The notes under the pieces were generated by a model, which saw nothing but the letters and a program-made list of their open reading frames with translations, was not told where the DNA came from and ran no database searches. A program made the translations under genes and the position numbers. A DNA stretch of 64,000 bases, from positions 186,001-250,000 of the forward strand of contig NIVC01000040.1 of NCBI GenBank assembly GCA_002269645.1. The letters run 5' to 3'. Below are positions 1 through 12,710 of the stretch, one piece after another. This DNA comes from Macrostomum lignano (Eukaryota). How positions within the stretch are numbered: position 1 is the first letter of the stretch; every line of letters begins with the position of its first letter.

Positions 1-50
1 GTTGTACGCCTTGCTGCTGAACTTCTGTACCTGAGTTAAAAAGATTGTCT

Positions 51-299
51 CTAGGGCGTCGCCACTGGGGTGACAGGGGGACATGTCCTCCCCCAAGTAA
101 AAGCTATGGGGGCCTTCCTCTCTCCGCCCCACCTTGTGAACCGTTATGGAAATCAATAATTTTTCTTTAGGGGGTGCCAAAATGACTGGCGCCAAAATGA
201 GTGCTAACAACACCGATTTCCAAAATAATGTAGAAATTTAGTCAAGTGGAATTCTGGGCTTTGCCCCCCCCCCCCACGAAATCCATGGCGACGCCCCTG
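51..299. mobile_element. hAT-type MITE (non-autonomous)
   Basis: Imperfect 14-bp TIRs: CTAGGGCGTCGCCA at 51, and TGGCGACGCCCCTG ending at 299. Flanked by a near-identical 8-mer, gattgtct (43-50) / ggttgtct (300-307). No coding capacity. Confidence 0.55.
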
Positions 300-433
300 G
301 GTTGTCTATATTTACCTGTTTGAGCAACCAATCAGTGCTACGCTCGTACTCGTATAAAGGACTCTACGCTCGTACCGTCCTGACCCCATGCGGGATTACA
401 GCAGCGCCCGCAATCAACCATCATTCATCGCAG

Positions 434-919
434 GTGGTCTCCAACGCATGCGTGGATCTCTCCAGACCGCGACTCCTGCCAGCGTTCTCTGAGTCGTCAA
501 GTTACGGGGACGCTGGTCCATCGACCAGCCACGAGGAGGAAGCTATCGAAGAAGAGGTCGACAGAGTTCGAGTTGGCGACGTCCGACTCGACGTGATTCT
601 CGCATCGATGTCGCCATGGCCAGCGCCGAAGCTGCTGATCAAGTGGGACATGGCGTTCGCCGGGCTGAGCAGCCTGCAGCTCGCCGCCAGCGGTCCGCTC
701 GCGTGGTCGAACGTGACGGGCGTGCTGCTGCTTGGGGTGCCGGCCGAATCTGCGGCTGCTGCGGCTCGGCTAATGTCCGAGCAGCTGCGCTTTGCTCCGC
801 ACAAGCTGCTGGCTTCCTCAGCAGGGGCGGAGCCGTCCGTTGATGATCCCGGAGCCAGGTTGGACTTGTCAGAAGTTGACACCTGGCCGAAAGATGTCAT
901 GTGGCTTCGAGAGACGTAG
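434..919. other. GC-rich segment with open frames on both strands; possible exon of an unidentified gene
   Basis: Plus frame is open 302-919 with an acceptor-like atcgcag at 427-433. Minus frame is open 987-502 with an ATG at 900. No recognisable domain; strand unresolved. Confidence 0.2.
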
Positions 920-1377
920 CCAGCCAAGGACCATTTTTGGTAGTATAGGAACAAGAAAATTCCCAAGAACATACTCGTAAATGCCAATAATGTTTTCTTG
1001 TATTTGGAAATTCCAGTTTGTGAATTTCAGCGTGTACTCTTGTGTCAATGATGATATATTTTTGAAGGCTTTCTCGATTTCATTAGAAACTATTGGAGAC
1101 GTAAGCGATAGTTCCGTGAGTTTTCTAAATAGATCTTTTGGTGGAAGGAAGTTTTACTACAGACAATTTTCCTGTTTTCCAGTAACCATGCCGTTCTGAT
1201 TAAGAAGTTTATAAGGTGTTGAAAATTATCAAATTTAGCAATAAAACTAGAAATCTTGTGCCCTTCGGGGCGTCCAATAAGCAAGGCGCAAGGGACGAAA
1301 TTTATTTATGTATATCCTATCCTTGTGTGTAAGTCTTAACGTCTCAGCGATTCCACCAGTGAGCTTTGATATCTTAG

Positions 1378-1610
1378 CACTTCCCCCCGTAAGCCTTGAC
1401 ATTTAAGCAATTCCCCCGGTAAGCCTGGAAATTTTAGCAATTCCCCCGGTAAGCCTGGAAATTTTAGCAATTCCCCCGGTAAGCCTGGAAATTTCAGCAA
1501 TTCCCCCAGTAAGCCTTGACATCTCAGCAGTTAAACTCGAGTTTGACATCTCATCAATGCCCCCAGTAAGCTTTGCCATCTCAGCCGTTCCCCCGTAAGC
1601 CTTGAAATAA
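1378..1610. repeat. 30-bp minisatellite
   Basis: About 7 degenerate copies of agcaattcccccggtaagcctggaaatttt. Confidence 0.9.
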
Positions 1611-1688
1611 AAATTTGTAAAACTTTCCAACTTACAAATGTACGTGCTACGTGTGAATTGAGCCTTCAAATAAAATACTGTTACCTAC

Positions 1689-1874
1689 CAGTGGCGTAGG
1701 GAGGGGGGATCAGGGGGGATGTATCCCCCCCCCGAAGAGCCTGACCAAAACTTTTTTGTTGCCCTTTTTCGCTATACATGCTACCATGTGAAGCACTTTT
1801 ACCTTGGTGTATCCCCCCCGTAGAAAATTCACCTTGGTGTATCCCCCCGTAGGAAATTCCTGGCTACGCCCCTG
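1689..1874. mobile_element. hAT-type MITE
   Basis: TIRs CAGTGGCGTAG / CTACGCCCCTG (11 bp, 1 mismatch). Perfect 8-bp TSD ttacctac at 1681-1688 and 1875-1882. Confidence 0.8.
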
Positions 1875-2862
1875 TTACCTACTACGTTGCCACCCAAATT
1901 GATTCACTGCTTATTCTACCAAGTGATGACATAATATACAATTATTCCTGTCTAACCAAAAAATTTCTGCTCTCATCAGCATACATTTTTGTTCAACAAG
2001 CTTATAATTCATTTCTCCCGATTGTTGAGAATCAGAACCTTATAGACTACTTATAATTCCCATTAGTAGTGCAACTATTACATGAATCGCAATTTTTGTT
2101 TTTAGACTATAGAAAACCGTTTTATTTAATTAAATTAGCAATTGTCTTAAAAAATCACTGGAATTAAATTCGCGAACTAGATAAAATGTTAAATAGCTAT
2201 ACAATACAATTACAACTTTTCAAGGTGTGCTCTAAAAGACAGGTGGAAGGTTACAGGTTTATTACAAATGCAAGCCTTTGCAGCTAGCAAAACCTGAAAA
2301 CAGACATCGGTTGGTCCCTCTCCACCTATCTAAATCCACAGGCATCCCCACGCGAGGGTTCTTCTTTTCTGAAGTCGCCAACTATTGCATAGGTAAGCTA
2401 GACAGACAGACGCATAGATATTAAGGGTCATGGTTTGGTCTGTCTTGGTTCTGTCTGCAAAGGCAATGAATGGTTGGCAGAAAAAAAACTTTACGAATGG
2501 AAGAAGGATAGAGAGGGGGAGTGGTTGGCGTAGGGGTGGGGTGGCATTAATTCACTGGTTACATTGTGGTAGTGGTAAGTGGTAACCTATATTACCTGGG
2601 CTAATAAAGCGTATAAATATAAACTATGCATAGTAAGCAGTACTAAGAGATTGGCTCGGTAAGGGAATTAAGAAAATGGAGGACAGAACAGAAAGAAAAG
2701 GGAAAATAAGGAGTTTTTGTTTGAGTCGGCAATTGGCATTGCCCTTATAGTTGCTGCCGCCACCAATTCATGCAGCAAGTCGAAGAAAGGGTTCGTTAGT
2801 CACGGAGTTCAAAGATTCTGAGTGGGATGCGGAAGGGTGGTACAAGTGGTACTTGATTTGCT

Positions 2863-3059
2863 AGCACCAAGGGGCGCCAGCACCAAGGGGCGCCAGCACC
2901 AAGGGGCGCCAGCACCAAGGGGCGCCAGCACCAAGGGGCGCCAGCACCAAGGGGCGCCAGCACCAAGGGGCGCCAGCACCAAGGGGCGCCAGCACCAGGG
3001 GGCGCCAGCACCAAGGGGCGCCAGCACCAAGGGGCGCCAGCACCAGGGGGCGCCAGCAC
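2863..3059. repeat. 16-bp minisatellite
   Basis: About 12 copies of agcaccaaggggcgcc. Confidence 0.95.
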
Positions 3060-3235
3060 ATAAAAATACCGTTTTTAGAATTCTATCCCTAATTTAAAAT
3101 GGAACAGACAGTTTCCACTCCAGATAGTAGTGAAATCTAGTAGTCCCTGTCTGGTGTGGTGGCGTAGCGTAAAAAAGCACTGCAAATCTGCAATTGCATT
3201 GGCGCGTTGGCCCAGTCCAGCCGCGCGCGCCTGTG

Positions 3236-3358
3236 TGGCGGTAAAGATCAAAGAGAAGTTAGCTTTGGTCGGACGGGGAGAGGTTATAATGGAGCCTTGC
3301 GCGCAGAGGGGCGGTTGGCGGGTCGGGTGGGCTTACATGGGCGGGCCCCCTAAATTGG
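3236..3358. promoter_or_regulatory. Candidate cis-regulatory module (TCF site + helper site, GC boxes, CArG)
   Basis: TGGCGGT at 3236-3242 sits 2 nt from AGATCAAAG at 3245-3253. GGGCGG motifs are present, and CCTAAATTGG at 3349-3358. Motif match only. Confidence 0.3.
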
Positions 3359-5994
3359 TTGAATTGAGAACAGTGGCCGGCAGCCGGTATTGTGAAAATT
3401 GTCCAGTGGCCATAATACTTTATCCTACTATATGTATATATAATACAATACTTCATTCGCGCCGACGCACACTAATATTGCACCACAAAATGCCCCCCAA
3501 TACCACTTGAATTCGAATGCAATGCCACTCTCTCTGCATATGCAATTACATACAGCATTGCACTGGCTCTTTCTAAACACGCAAAAAAAACAATTAAAAT
3601 TTTGCGACTCTTCTCAACTCAATTTAAAACAGTCTCACTAGTGGAAATGGTTTAAATAATAGCATTTTTGTTTAAATTTAACGCTTTTTTAATCGATTCA
3701 AATTTTCAATCAAATCACGTGTGGGTGTTGGCGTGTGGGACATGAGTTGAGAGTCGAGAGCTGAGCTGATCCCTTCCTTCATTTCTATTCTATTTTTGCC
3801 ATTCATTGATTTGAGTAGATCATTGTCTCTACATTGTATCATTTCACATCACATTGTTGTAAACGATCAAATATGAATAAAAGAGGCCGGATCCCACATT
3901 CCCAACTCAAAATACACAGGCAAAGTTTTAGAAGTAGAAATAAAAAGTAGTCGGCACGACTCCCCGGATTGGATTGGCACACCGCCATATCAGAATCAGA
4001 CTCAAAACATGCAGACTTTGCGTCTGAAAGACACAAACATGAGACGATATAGCAACAAGGCAAGATCAGACTTAGATCTCAAACAAGACAAAATCTTGGT
4101 TGATTCTTTCTCATACAGTACAGACGTACAGAGGATTTCTGTTGCATTGTGCTTTTCTTCTTTCTGCCAAATTCTTTTCTAACTAACAAAACACGATAAA
4201 AATCGTGTAAAATGTAAACATTTACATCTTAATTTACATTGAACATAAAAATTCTGTATCATATACGTGATTGTCGTCAATTTGAGATTAATAGGAGGTA
4301 GTAGCTAGTAGTTGATCATTTCTGTAGGATTAGATTCAAAACCAAATTCAAAATTCAAAACCAACAACATGTTCGTTCGGAAAAGGACAAGTGTCCTTGT
4401 CTTCTTTAGTCTAGTCTCTCGGACCGAGCTCCGAACTAACAATTTACTTTTACACAGACACAACACAACACAATACAACCCACACTTCGCCTACTACTTA
4501 CTGGCCATTAGTATGGGCCACCCACTGGCAATGGCCCCTCTTATCCCAGTTTTTTCGGAAACGAAAACCAGCCCCACTCTCTCGGACGCGGGGGGGATGG
4601 GGCTCGACCGTATGTGTGTGTGGGGGGTGGTTGACTTTTATGACCTTCCCCGTCCCGGCCCGAGCCACTGGTAAAGTTATTGCCTCCCTCAACTGAAAGG
4701 CGCAACCCCGGACCCCAACCCAACCCCTTACCCAGACGGAAAGTAAAAATAAACTCAGTAGGTTGAAACGAAAACTGTTTTCAGCTTTATCCCTTTCTCG
4801 AGTCATCATCATTCTCATTATTAAAAGCGGCGTAAAGTTTCTACGTAAACTATAAAAAGCAAAGCAACGTAAACTCTGACAGTCCGACTATCAGTGTGAA
4901 ACTAATGAATGAAAGACTACCTTATTATGTAATTAAATTTTAATTTACCTTTATCTAATCAGAACAAAAATAAATAAAGCAACTAAACCGTCCTGAAAAA
5001 AAACTGTAAATTAGACTACTTCAAACTTGGTGACGAGGTAAATCGCTTTCGAATTCGGATTCAAAATTGTCACTAATCACTAGATCGTATTGAGAGATTT
5101 TAAAGTATAAACCACCAATGGTACATATTTAGCACTCTATCCATGGCTTTTGTTAATTAAGTAATTAAGAAAAAGCATCTGAGAGTCTGAGCTGAGCAAA
5201 CCTTATTTAACTCTTCTTCTCTCAGTCTCACCTGGCCTCACAAAGTCAAATTTTAATTCGGCTTTTTGAGTGAGTAAATTATGAAGATCTTAATTGTGAC
5301 CGGATTGTGCCATGTGCTCTCTATCTCTGGAGTCTGGGAGCCATCTATTATTATAATATAAATACAACACCTTGCTCGCTTTGTCACACTTAATCAGGCT
5401 ATATTATTAAATTAATTTAACACCTGTGTTTGGTTGGCGGTAAAAACGGGTGGGGTACTGCAGGTAGGCGGCGGAAAAAGGCCAAAGGCGCGGCTTCGTT
5501 TGAAGTTGTTTAAAGAATTAGAATTTTAGCGCGGCGTAAAACGGTGCTGTAATAAATACAATGCATTTTCAACCGCTAACCAGTTACCAAAGTGGGTCCA
5601 TTTTCAATGATCAATGGTCGTGTAAATTGTGAGTGCAGATGCAGATAATATAAATATTATGCTCGGACTAATTCAGCGGCATCAAGTTTATTAACTTTCT
5701 AATGTTTCCTTCAGAAGTGCGCGATACCAGACTTAAGCAGGTGCAGTGTCTGTGCAGTTGTTGTAGTTACTATATGCAGTTCTTACGAGTACATTAGTTT
5801 AGTGCAGTGTCGTATCCAAGGTTTTTCCCTGGGGGGGGGGGGGGGGCAGCCGACACCCGCTAAATCCATAAGTGTTGTAGAGATACAAAACTACCAGAGT
5901 TTAAAACTACAAAATTCATGTACACGACAAGCTGTATCAATAATGCACAAGATTACATGATGCACGAGTATTGAGAACACGCAACAGTACTCCT

Positions 5995-7580
5995 TGCATC
6001 TGCATCTCCCATCCTTCTGCATCTCACCCTGGCCTCCCTCTGCATCTCTATGCGTCTCACTCTACCATCCCTCTGCATCTCATCCTAGCATCCCTCTGCA
6101 TCTCATCCTAGCATCCCTCTGCATCTCATCCTAGCATCCCTCTGCATCTCACCCTATACTATCCCTCTGCATCTCATCCTAGCATCCTTCTGCATCTCCA
6201 TCTCCCATCCTTCTGCATCTCACCCTGGCCTCCCTCTGCATCTCATCCTACCATCCCTCTGCATCTCTATGCGTCTCACCCTACCATCCTTCTGCATCTC
6301 CATCTCCCATCCCTCTGCATCTCATCCTAGCATCCTTCTGCATCTCCATCTCCCATCCCTCTGCATCTCATCCTAGCATCCTTCTGCATCTCCATCTCCC
6401 ATCCCTCTGCATCTCATCCTAGCATCCTTCTGCATCTCATCCTAGCATCCTTCTGCATCTCCATCTCCCATCCCTCTGCATCTCATCCTAGCATCCTTCT
6501 GCATCTCATCCTAGCATCCTTCTGCATCTCCATCTCCCATCCCTCTGCATCTCATCCTAGCATCCTTCTGCATCTCCATCTCCCATCCCTCTGCATCTCA
6601 TCCTAGCATCCTTCTGCATCTCCATCTCCCATCCCTCTGCATCTCATCCTAGCATCCTTCTGCATCTCCATCTCCCATCCCTCTGCATCTCATCCTAGCA
6701 TCCTTCTGCATCTCATCCTAGCATCCTTCTGCATCTCCATCTCCCATCCCTCTGCATCTCATCCTACCATCCTTCTGCATCTCCATCTCCCATCCCTCTG
6801 CATCTCATCCTAGCATCCTTCTGCATCTCATCCTAGCATCCTTCTGCATCTCCATCTCCCATTCCTCTGCATCTCACTCTACCATCCCTCTGCATCTCAT
6901 CCTAGCATCCTTCTGCATCTCATCCTAGCATCCTTCTGCATCTGCATCTCCCATTCCTCTGCATCTCACCCTACCAATCCTCTGCATCTCACTCTACCAT
7001 CCCTCTGCATCTCATCCTAGCATCCCTCTGTATCTCCATCTACCATCCCTCTGCATCTCTATGCGTCTCACCCTACCATCCCTCTGCATCTCATCCTAGC
7101 ATCCCTCTGTATCTCATCCTAGCATCCCTCTGTATCTCATCCTAGCATCCTTCTGCATCTCCATCTCCCATCCCTCTGCATCTCATCCTAGCATCCCTCT
7201 GTATCTCATCCTAGCATCCTTCTGCATCTCCATCTCCCATTCCTCTGCATCTCACCCTACCAATCCTCTGCATCTCACCCTACCATCCCTCTGCATCTCA
7301 TCCTACCCTCCCTCTGCATCTCACCCTACCATTCCTCTGCATCTCACCCTACCATTCCTCTGCATCTCACCCTACCCTCCCTCTGCATCTCACCCTACCA
7401 TTCCTCTGCATCTCACCCTACCATTCCTCTGCATCTCACCCTACCCTCCCTCTGCATCTCACCCTACCATTCCTCTGCATCTCACCCTACCCTCCCTCTG
7501 CATCTCACCCTACCATTCCTCTGCATCTCACCCTACCCTCCCTCTGCATCTCACCCTACCATTCCTCTGCATCTTACCCT
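5995..7580. repeat. About 22-23-bp minisatellite
   Basis: Variants of catccctctgcatctcatcctag; 1.6 kb, downstream of Cdx. Confidence 0.95.
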
Positions 7581-8427
7581 CCCTCATCACTCACCTCTCA
7601 ATTAATTGCATTTCACTTCTAAGATAAACGCGCATGGGAAAAAACAAAATCTTAAATAAAAATCAATCAGTATTATTTCAAACGATTAAAAGTTTAGCTT
7701 TAATAACAAAAGTAAACTAAAGTTTATAAAACAGTAACAAACAATATTATTATTTGTATGAAATGAAACAGAGTTTCTATATTATTCAATATACATGCCG
7801 AAAAGCTTTTTCCTTAGGACAGATTACAGAAAAAATGCAATAGTTGAGAAGTAAAAAGGCGAGTTGCATCAGGAGAGAAGGAGTGGACTATAATATTCAT
7901 AATTATAGGCGAGCACATGAGTGGATTTTAATCAGATTTCCATACACACACAAGACACAGAAGGTGGCAATAGCCATGCATGGTCAAACCGAATTTTCGA
8001 ATATTTCTTGAATCTTCACTAAACTAAATAATGTTGGCACATTAACATATATTAATCAAGCATATAGTTAATATGAAACTCCTCACTGCTGAAAAAGAAG
8101 CATTATTAAAGGAAAGAGAATTAGTGCTCGAGCGCAAAAGAAAATAAACAAAATAATTATGTAATATGCATGTGGCCGTGGGCCTGGCATTCAGGCTTCT
8201 ATGATCTGTACAAACAAATCATATTTGTAGTGATGATAACAGCACAGCTAAATATAATAACAAGAAACTCACATTGCATTTTATCGTGCAACAAGGCGGT
8301 AAAGATTTTTTTAAATCCCTTTTTGTAGGAAAGAATTCCTTCGAAAGTTGTTGAACTTCGAAGCGTTTAAAATTGATAAAAGGGACAGGGTAAAATGCTT
8401 TGATTAAATTGTTGAAAATATATATTG

Positions 8428-8844
8428 TTAAGCGTGCTCCAGCTTCACTTCTGTTGATGAAGCGTGAAGATGCTGCTGCTGATGCTGTAACATCATGTGA
8501 TGCTGAGTTAAGTGATGCTGCTGTTGCTGCTGCAGTTGATGATGCTGCTGCTGCAGCTGCTGATGAGGCATCAGATGCGATGCAGCAACCGCTTCAGATA
8601 ATAACATATTGGACATTGATGACGGACTGCCCAGCTGCACCGCACCGTCCTTGAGGCTGCCGCTGTTATTGTTATTATTGTTGTTGTTGTTGTGGCAGAT
8701 GTTGCTGAAATCCTGCTCAGAGTGAGCACTCGAAATGTCCGCAGCCGCAGCCGCCGCCGCTGAAGGCTTCGAACCTCCGCCGCCGCCGCTGCTCTTCTTC
8801 TGTCGGCGCTCCTTGGCACGGCGGTTTTGAAACCAGATCTTGAT
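8428..8844 (-). CDS. Cdx: Cdx exon 3 (homeodomain helix 3 IKIWFQNRRAKERRQKK + N/Q/H-rich tail, stop)
   Basis: Acceptor cccgcag|ATC AAG ATC TGG TTT CAA AAC, phase 0, matching exon 2. Continues in frame into ORF 8428..8640. Confidence 0.93.
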   Translation of the reverse strand: MKIWFQNRRAKERRQKKSSGGGGGSKPSAAAAAAADISSAHSEQDFSNICHNNNNNNNNNSGSLKDGAVQLGSPSSMSNMLLSEAVAASHLMPHQQLQQQHHQLQQQQQHHLTQHHMMLQHQQQHLHASSTEVKLEHA

Positions 8845-8931
8845 CTGCGGGATATGGGATATGGGATATTTAAAGTGGATGGCTCTACGGCTAGGGAAAC
8901 TTGACCTTTTAGTAAATGTTGGTACACTTGA

Positions 8932-9450
8932 ATGGGATCTGTTTGAATTCTACCTGGGATCTGTTTGAATTCTACCTGGGATCTGTTTGAATTCTACCTG
9001 GGATCTGTTTGAATTCTACCTGGGATCTGTTTGAATTCTACCTGGGATCTGTTTGAATTCTACCTGGGATCTGTTTGAATTCTACCTGGGATCTGTTTGA
9101 ATTCTACCTGGGATCTGTTTCGGGACTGTGGGATCTGGTTCGGGACTGTATAGGATCTGTTTTGGGACTGTGGGATCTGTTTCGGGACTGTTGGTTCTGT
9201 TTTGGGACCGTGGAATCTGTTTTGGGACTGTGGGATCTGTTTTGGGACTGTATAGGATCTGTTTTGGGACCGTGGAATCTGTTTTGGGACTGTGATTTTT
9301 ATATTGGAACTGTGGGATCTGTTTTGGGACTGTGGGATCTATATTGGGACTGTGGGATCTATATTGGGACTGTGGGATCTGTTTTGGGACTGTGGGATCT
9401 ATATTGGGACTGTGGGATCTATATTGGGACTGTGGGATCTGTTTCGGGAC
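8932..9450. repeat. 22-bp then 20-bp minisatellites (Cdx intron 2)
   Basis: tgggatctgtttgaattctacc x about 8, grading into gggactgtgggatctgtttt variants. Confidence 0.95.
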
Positions 9451-10644
9451 TCATTGGATTTCAGGACAGTGGGGATCTCGGGGACAAAAATTTTCAAAAT
9501 AAGAAGCTCATGAACAGTTTGTTGCATACTCTGCACAGAACTCCGAAATGATCAACCAAATTTAAAATTAATGCCTTCACGAATTTGAAGCCCACACAAA
9601 CCCTGTCTTTGCTTCAGGAGCATGATTTATGACAATCTAGTTGGGCAACGCGGCAACAATGCAGATTAACAACGAGCATCAGAACTGCATCAGAAGTTTG
9701 ATAATTGAAACTGATAAAAACTGTTCTGCTGATAATTATTCTCCGAATATGTGAGCACAGCAGAGCAGACCGTGAGACCACGCCCCCTTTCCATTCCTAT
9801 ATGTGTATGCATAGCGCCAATTTGCACAGTTACAAATTAATAAGTCAAAAGATTGCGTCATCAATCTCCCCTAGCAATAATATAACAATAGGATTATATA
9901 GAATAATATATACCATGACAGATCAGCAGCTAATCTTAGCCTTGTAAAAGTTACTCTAGTCAGAGTATAGAATGTGCCTAAATAACTAAACATGAGCATA
10001 GTTGTTTGTATACATGAGACAAGCGGGGAAATTAGTCAACCATAACCGCGCTTGCAAAGATTTTTAGATAAATTTCAGTATAGAGAAGAACAATAGAGGT
10101 ATATATGACACACTGGCAAATATATAGTATAGAGCCTTAGATACCAATTGACCAGATCTTATAAATCCAAGGCGTGGAGGATGAATGAATGAATGGATGG
10201 GATGGATGGAGGGGTCAAGTTTTGCGAGTCAGGCTCCGAGAAATGCACAGTGAAAGACAGACAATAAATTCCCCCGGTCACAACCCGTTACAGATCGCTG
10301 CTTTCGAGTTTCAGTTCTCTTTCCTAATACAACAGACAGGCCTATTGCTGACCCACCTGCAGGACAAACAGGGTGCGGGAGAGGAGAGGAGAGGAAAGGT
10401 TGAGGGTTGCGTCAGCATTGTGTTACCATGCAGAGTTGAAAATTTTATTTTGATTTGCGATCTCTATAACTATTGTATATACAATAGCCTCAAACCGCGT
10501 GCTCACTGCAGGAGTCACTCTATGCTCAATTTGATCGGCTCACAAAATCAAAGTACGAAATCTTGATGACTTTCCGAGTAAACACAACTGTTTTGATTAA
10601 AACTTAGACAAGCTTAAAGAGCTTAAACTTAGGGCGCGTTCTGA

Positions 10645-10723
10645 ACCCGAAACTGCATGACAAATACCCGAAACTGCATGACAAATACCCGAAACTGAAT
10701 GACAAACACCCGAAACTGCATGA
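10645..10723. repeat. 21-bp minisatellite
   Basis: About 4 copies of acccgaaactgcatgacaaat. Confidence 0.85.
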
Positions 10724-10775
10724 ACCTAAAACTTTATTATCCCAAAAGCTAATAAAATTATGAGCATAGACTCAC

Positions 10776-10924
10776 CTGTCGCTCGGACAAATGCAGAATG
10801 CCGGACAATTCTGATTTTCTAGCCGAAGTTATGTACTTCTGATAGTGATACTCCTTTTCCAGCTCAAAGCGCTGCTGGGAGTTGTACACCTGCCTGTATT
10901 TGTCTTGAGTCCGAGTTTTCATCT
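10776..10924 (-). CDS. Cdx: Cdx exon 2 ([48 protein letters not shown])
   Basis: Cdx-diagnostic KTRTxDKYR motif plus homeodomain helices 1-2. Acceptor tttcag, donor CAG|gtgagt. Both intron positions match vertebrate CDX genes (just before KTRT; between Q44 and residue 45). Confidence 0.95.
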
Positions 10925-10996
10925 CTGAAAGGCGAGCAAAGGAACACAAGGAAACGTATAGTATATTGTTCTTACCAGAACACCATTAAACCATAG

Positions 10997-11560
10997 AGTG
11001 AGATAAACTGCAGCGACAGTGAGATAGAAGAGTGAGATAAACTGAAGCGACAGTGAGATAGAAGAGTGAGATAAACTGCAGTGACAGTGAGATAGAGTGA
11101 GATAAACTGCAGTGACAGTGAGATAGAAGAGTGAGATAAACTGCAGTGACAGTGAGATAGAGTGAGATAAACTGCAGTGACAGTGAGATAGAGTGAGATA
11201 AACTGCAGTGACAGTGAGATAGAGTGAGATAAACTGCAGTGACAGTGAGATAGAGTGAGATAAACTGCAGTGACAGTGAGATAGAAGAGTGAGATAAACT
11301 GCAGTGACAGTGAGATAGAAGAGTGAGATAAACTGCAGTGACAGTGAGATAGAAGAGTGAGATAAACTGCAGCGACAGTGAGATAGAGTGAGATAAACTG
11401 CAGCGACAGTGAGATAGAAGAGTGAGATAAACTGCAGCGACAGTGAGATAAAGAGTGAGATAAACTGCAGCGACAGTGAGATAAAGAGTGAGATAAACTG
11501 CAGCGACAGTGAGATAAAGAGTGAGATTAACTGCAGTGACAGTGAAATAAGAGTGACAGT
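10997..11560. repeat. 31/34-bp minisatellite (Cdx intron 1)
   Basis: gagtgagataaactgcagtgacagtgagata(gaa), about 17 copies. Confidence 0.95.
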
Positions 11561-12159
11561 AGTGAATATAGCTCGTAAACAAATCACAGATACTTATATA
11601 GAGCCAATATTTAAAAATAAAAAGCAATTTTGAATTGAACCCATGCAGAAGGTGGGAATGGAATGCAATAAAGGTGTTAAACTGCAGCTGCTCGGTAGAA
11701 TGTGACCGTAAAAAGACAGAGAAAATAAACTGCCTGGTTAGAGAAGAAAAGAGGTTAGAACCCCTCGAAAACATCCCTAAGAACTTGTCATTGTCATGTC
11801 ATTATACTTAAGGAATGCTGCTTCGTGAATTCAGAGTTGTACTGCTCATAATTTTGCTGAATTCCTACTGTTCTGAATCCCACGAGTATAACAGATGCGC
11901 GTATTTGCACAAAGCAATAGAAAGAATGCCATGTTGAAGCGCTGTAAAACTGTATCTATACTTAGACACGAGACAGCTATAGGTGTGACAACTGGCTGGG
12001 TTGTCACACTTGAAACCAATGTTCTAACAGCTTCGATTGCTCTGTAAACTATTTATTTTTGTAGCGCCTCCTTTAAGGAGCCAAGATTAATTTGACCTCG
12101 ATTGTTAGTGTGACAACAGAGTACAGCCGAATCCATAAATACAGATGCTCATGGCACTG

Positions 12160-12710
12160 TGGTTTTTGGAATCCATAGTTGAAGGGATCCATGGCTTTAG
12201 AGATCGATGGTTTTGTGGATCTATGTTTTTTGATTGCGGGTTTTGAGGATCCGCGGTTTTTGGGGACTCGCGGTTTTTGGTTTGGGATCCATGGTTTTTG
12301 GGATTCATGGTTTTTTGGATTTCAGATTTTGGGGATCCATGGTTTTGGATTGCGGGTTTTGAGGATCCGCGGTTTTTGGGATCCATGGTTTTTGGGATCA
12401 CTGGTTTTTGGGATCCATGGTTTTTGGGGATCACTGGTTTTTGGGATCCATGGTTTTTGGGGATCAATGGTTTTTGGGATTCATGGTTTTTTGGATTTCA
12501 GATTTTGGGGATCCATGGTTTTGGATTGCGGGTTTTGAGGATCCGCGGTTTTTGGAATCCATGGTTTTTGGGGATCACTGGTTTTTGGGATCCATGGTTT
12601 TTGGGGATCAATGGTTTTTGGGATTCATGGTTTTTTGGATTTCAGATTTTGGGGATCCATGGTTTGGGGATCCATGGTTTTTGGGATCCATGGTTTTGGA
12701 TTGCGGGTTT
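12160..12710. repeat. GGGATCCATGGTTTTT-family minisatellite with higher-order duplication
   Basis: Repeated ttttgggatccatgg / gaggatccgcgg units. Confidence 0.9.

Noticed and set aside
4058-4080. aggcaagat resembling the 5' end of miR-31
   Set aside because: The remaining mature sequence does not match and there is no hairpin.
8571-8927. 118-aa minus ORF as Cdx exon 3
   Set aside because: Wrong frame; the WFQNRR helix is in a different frame starting at the 8844 acceptor.
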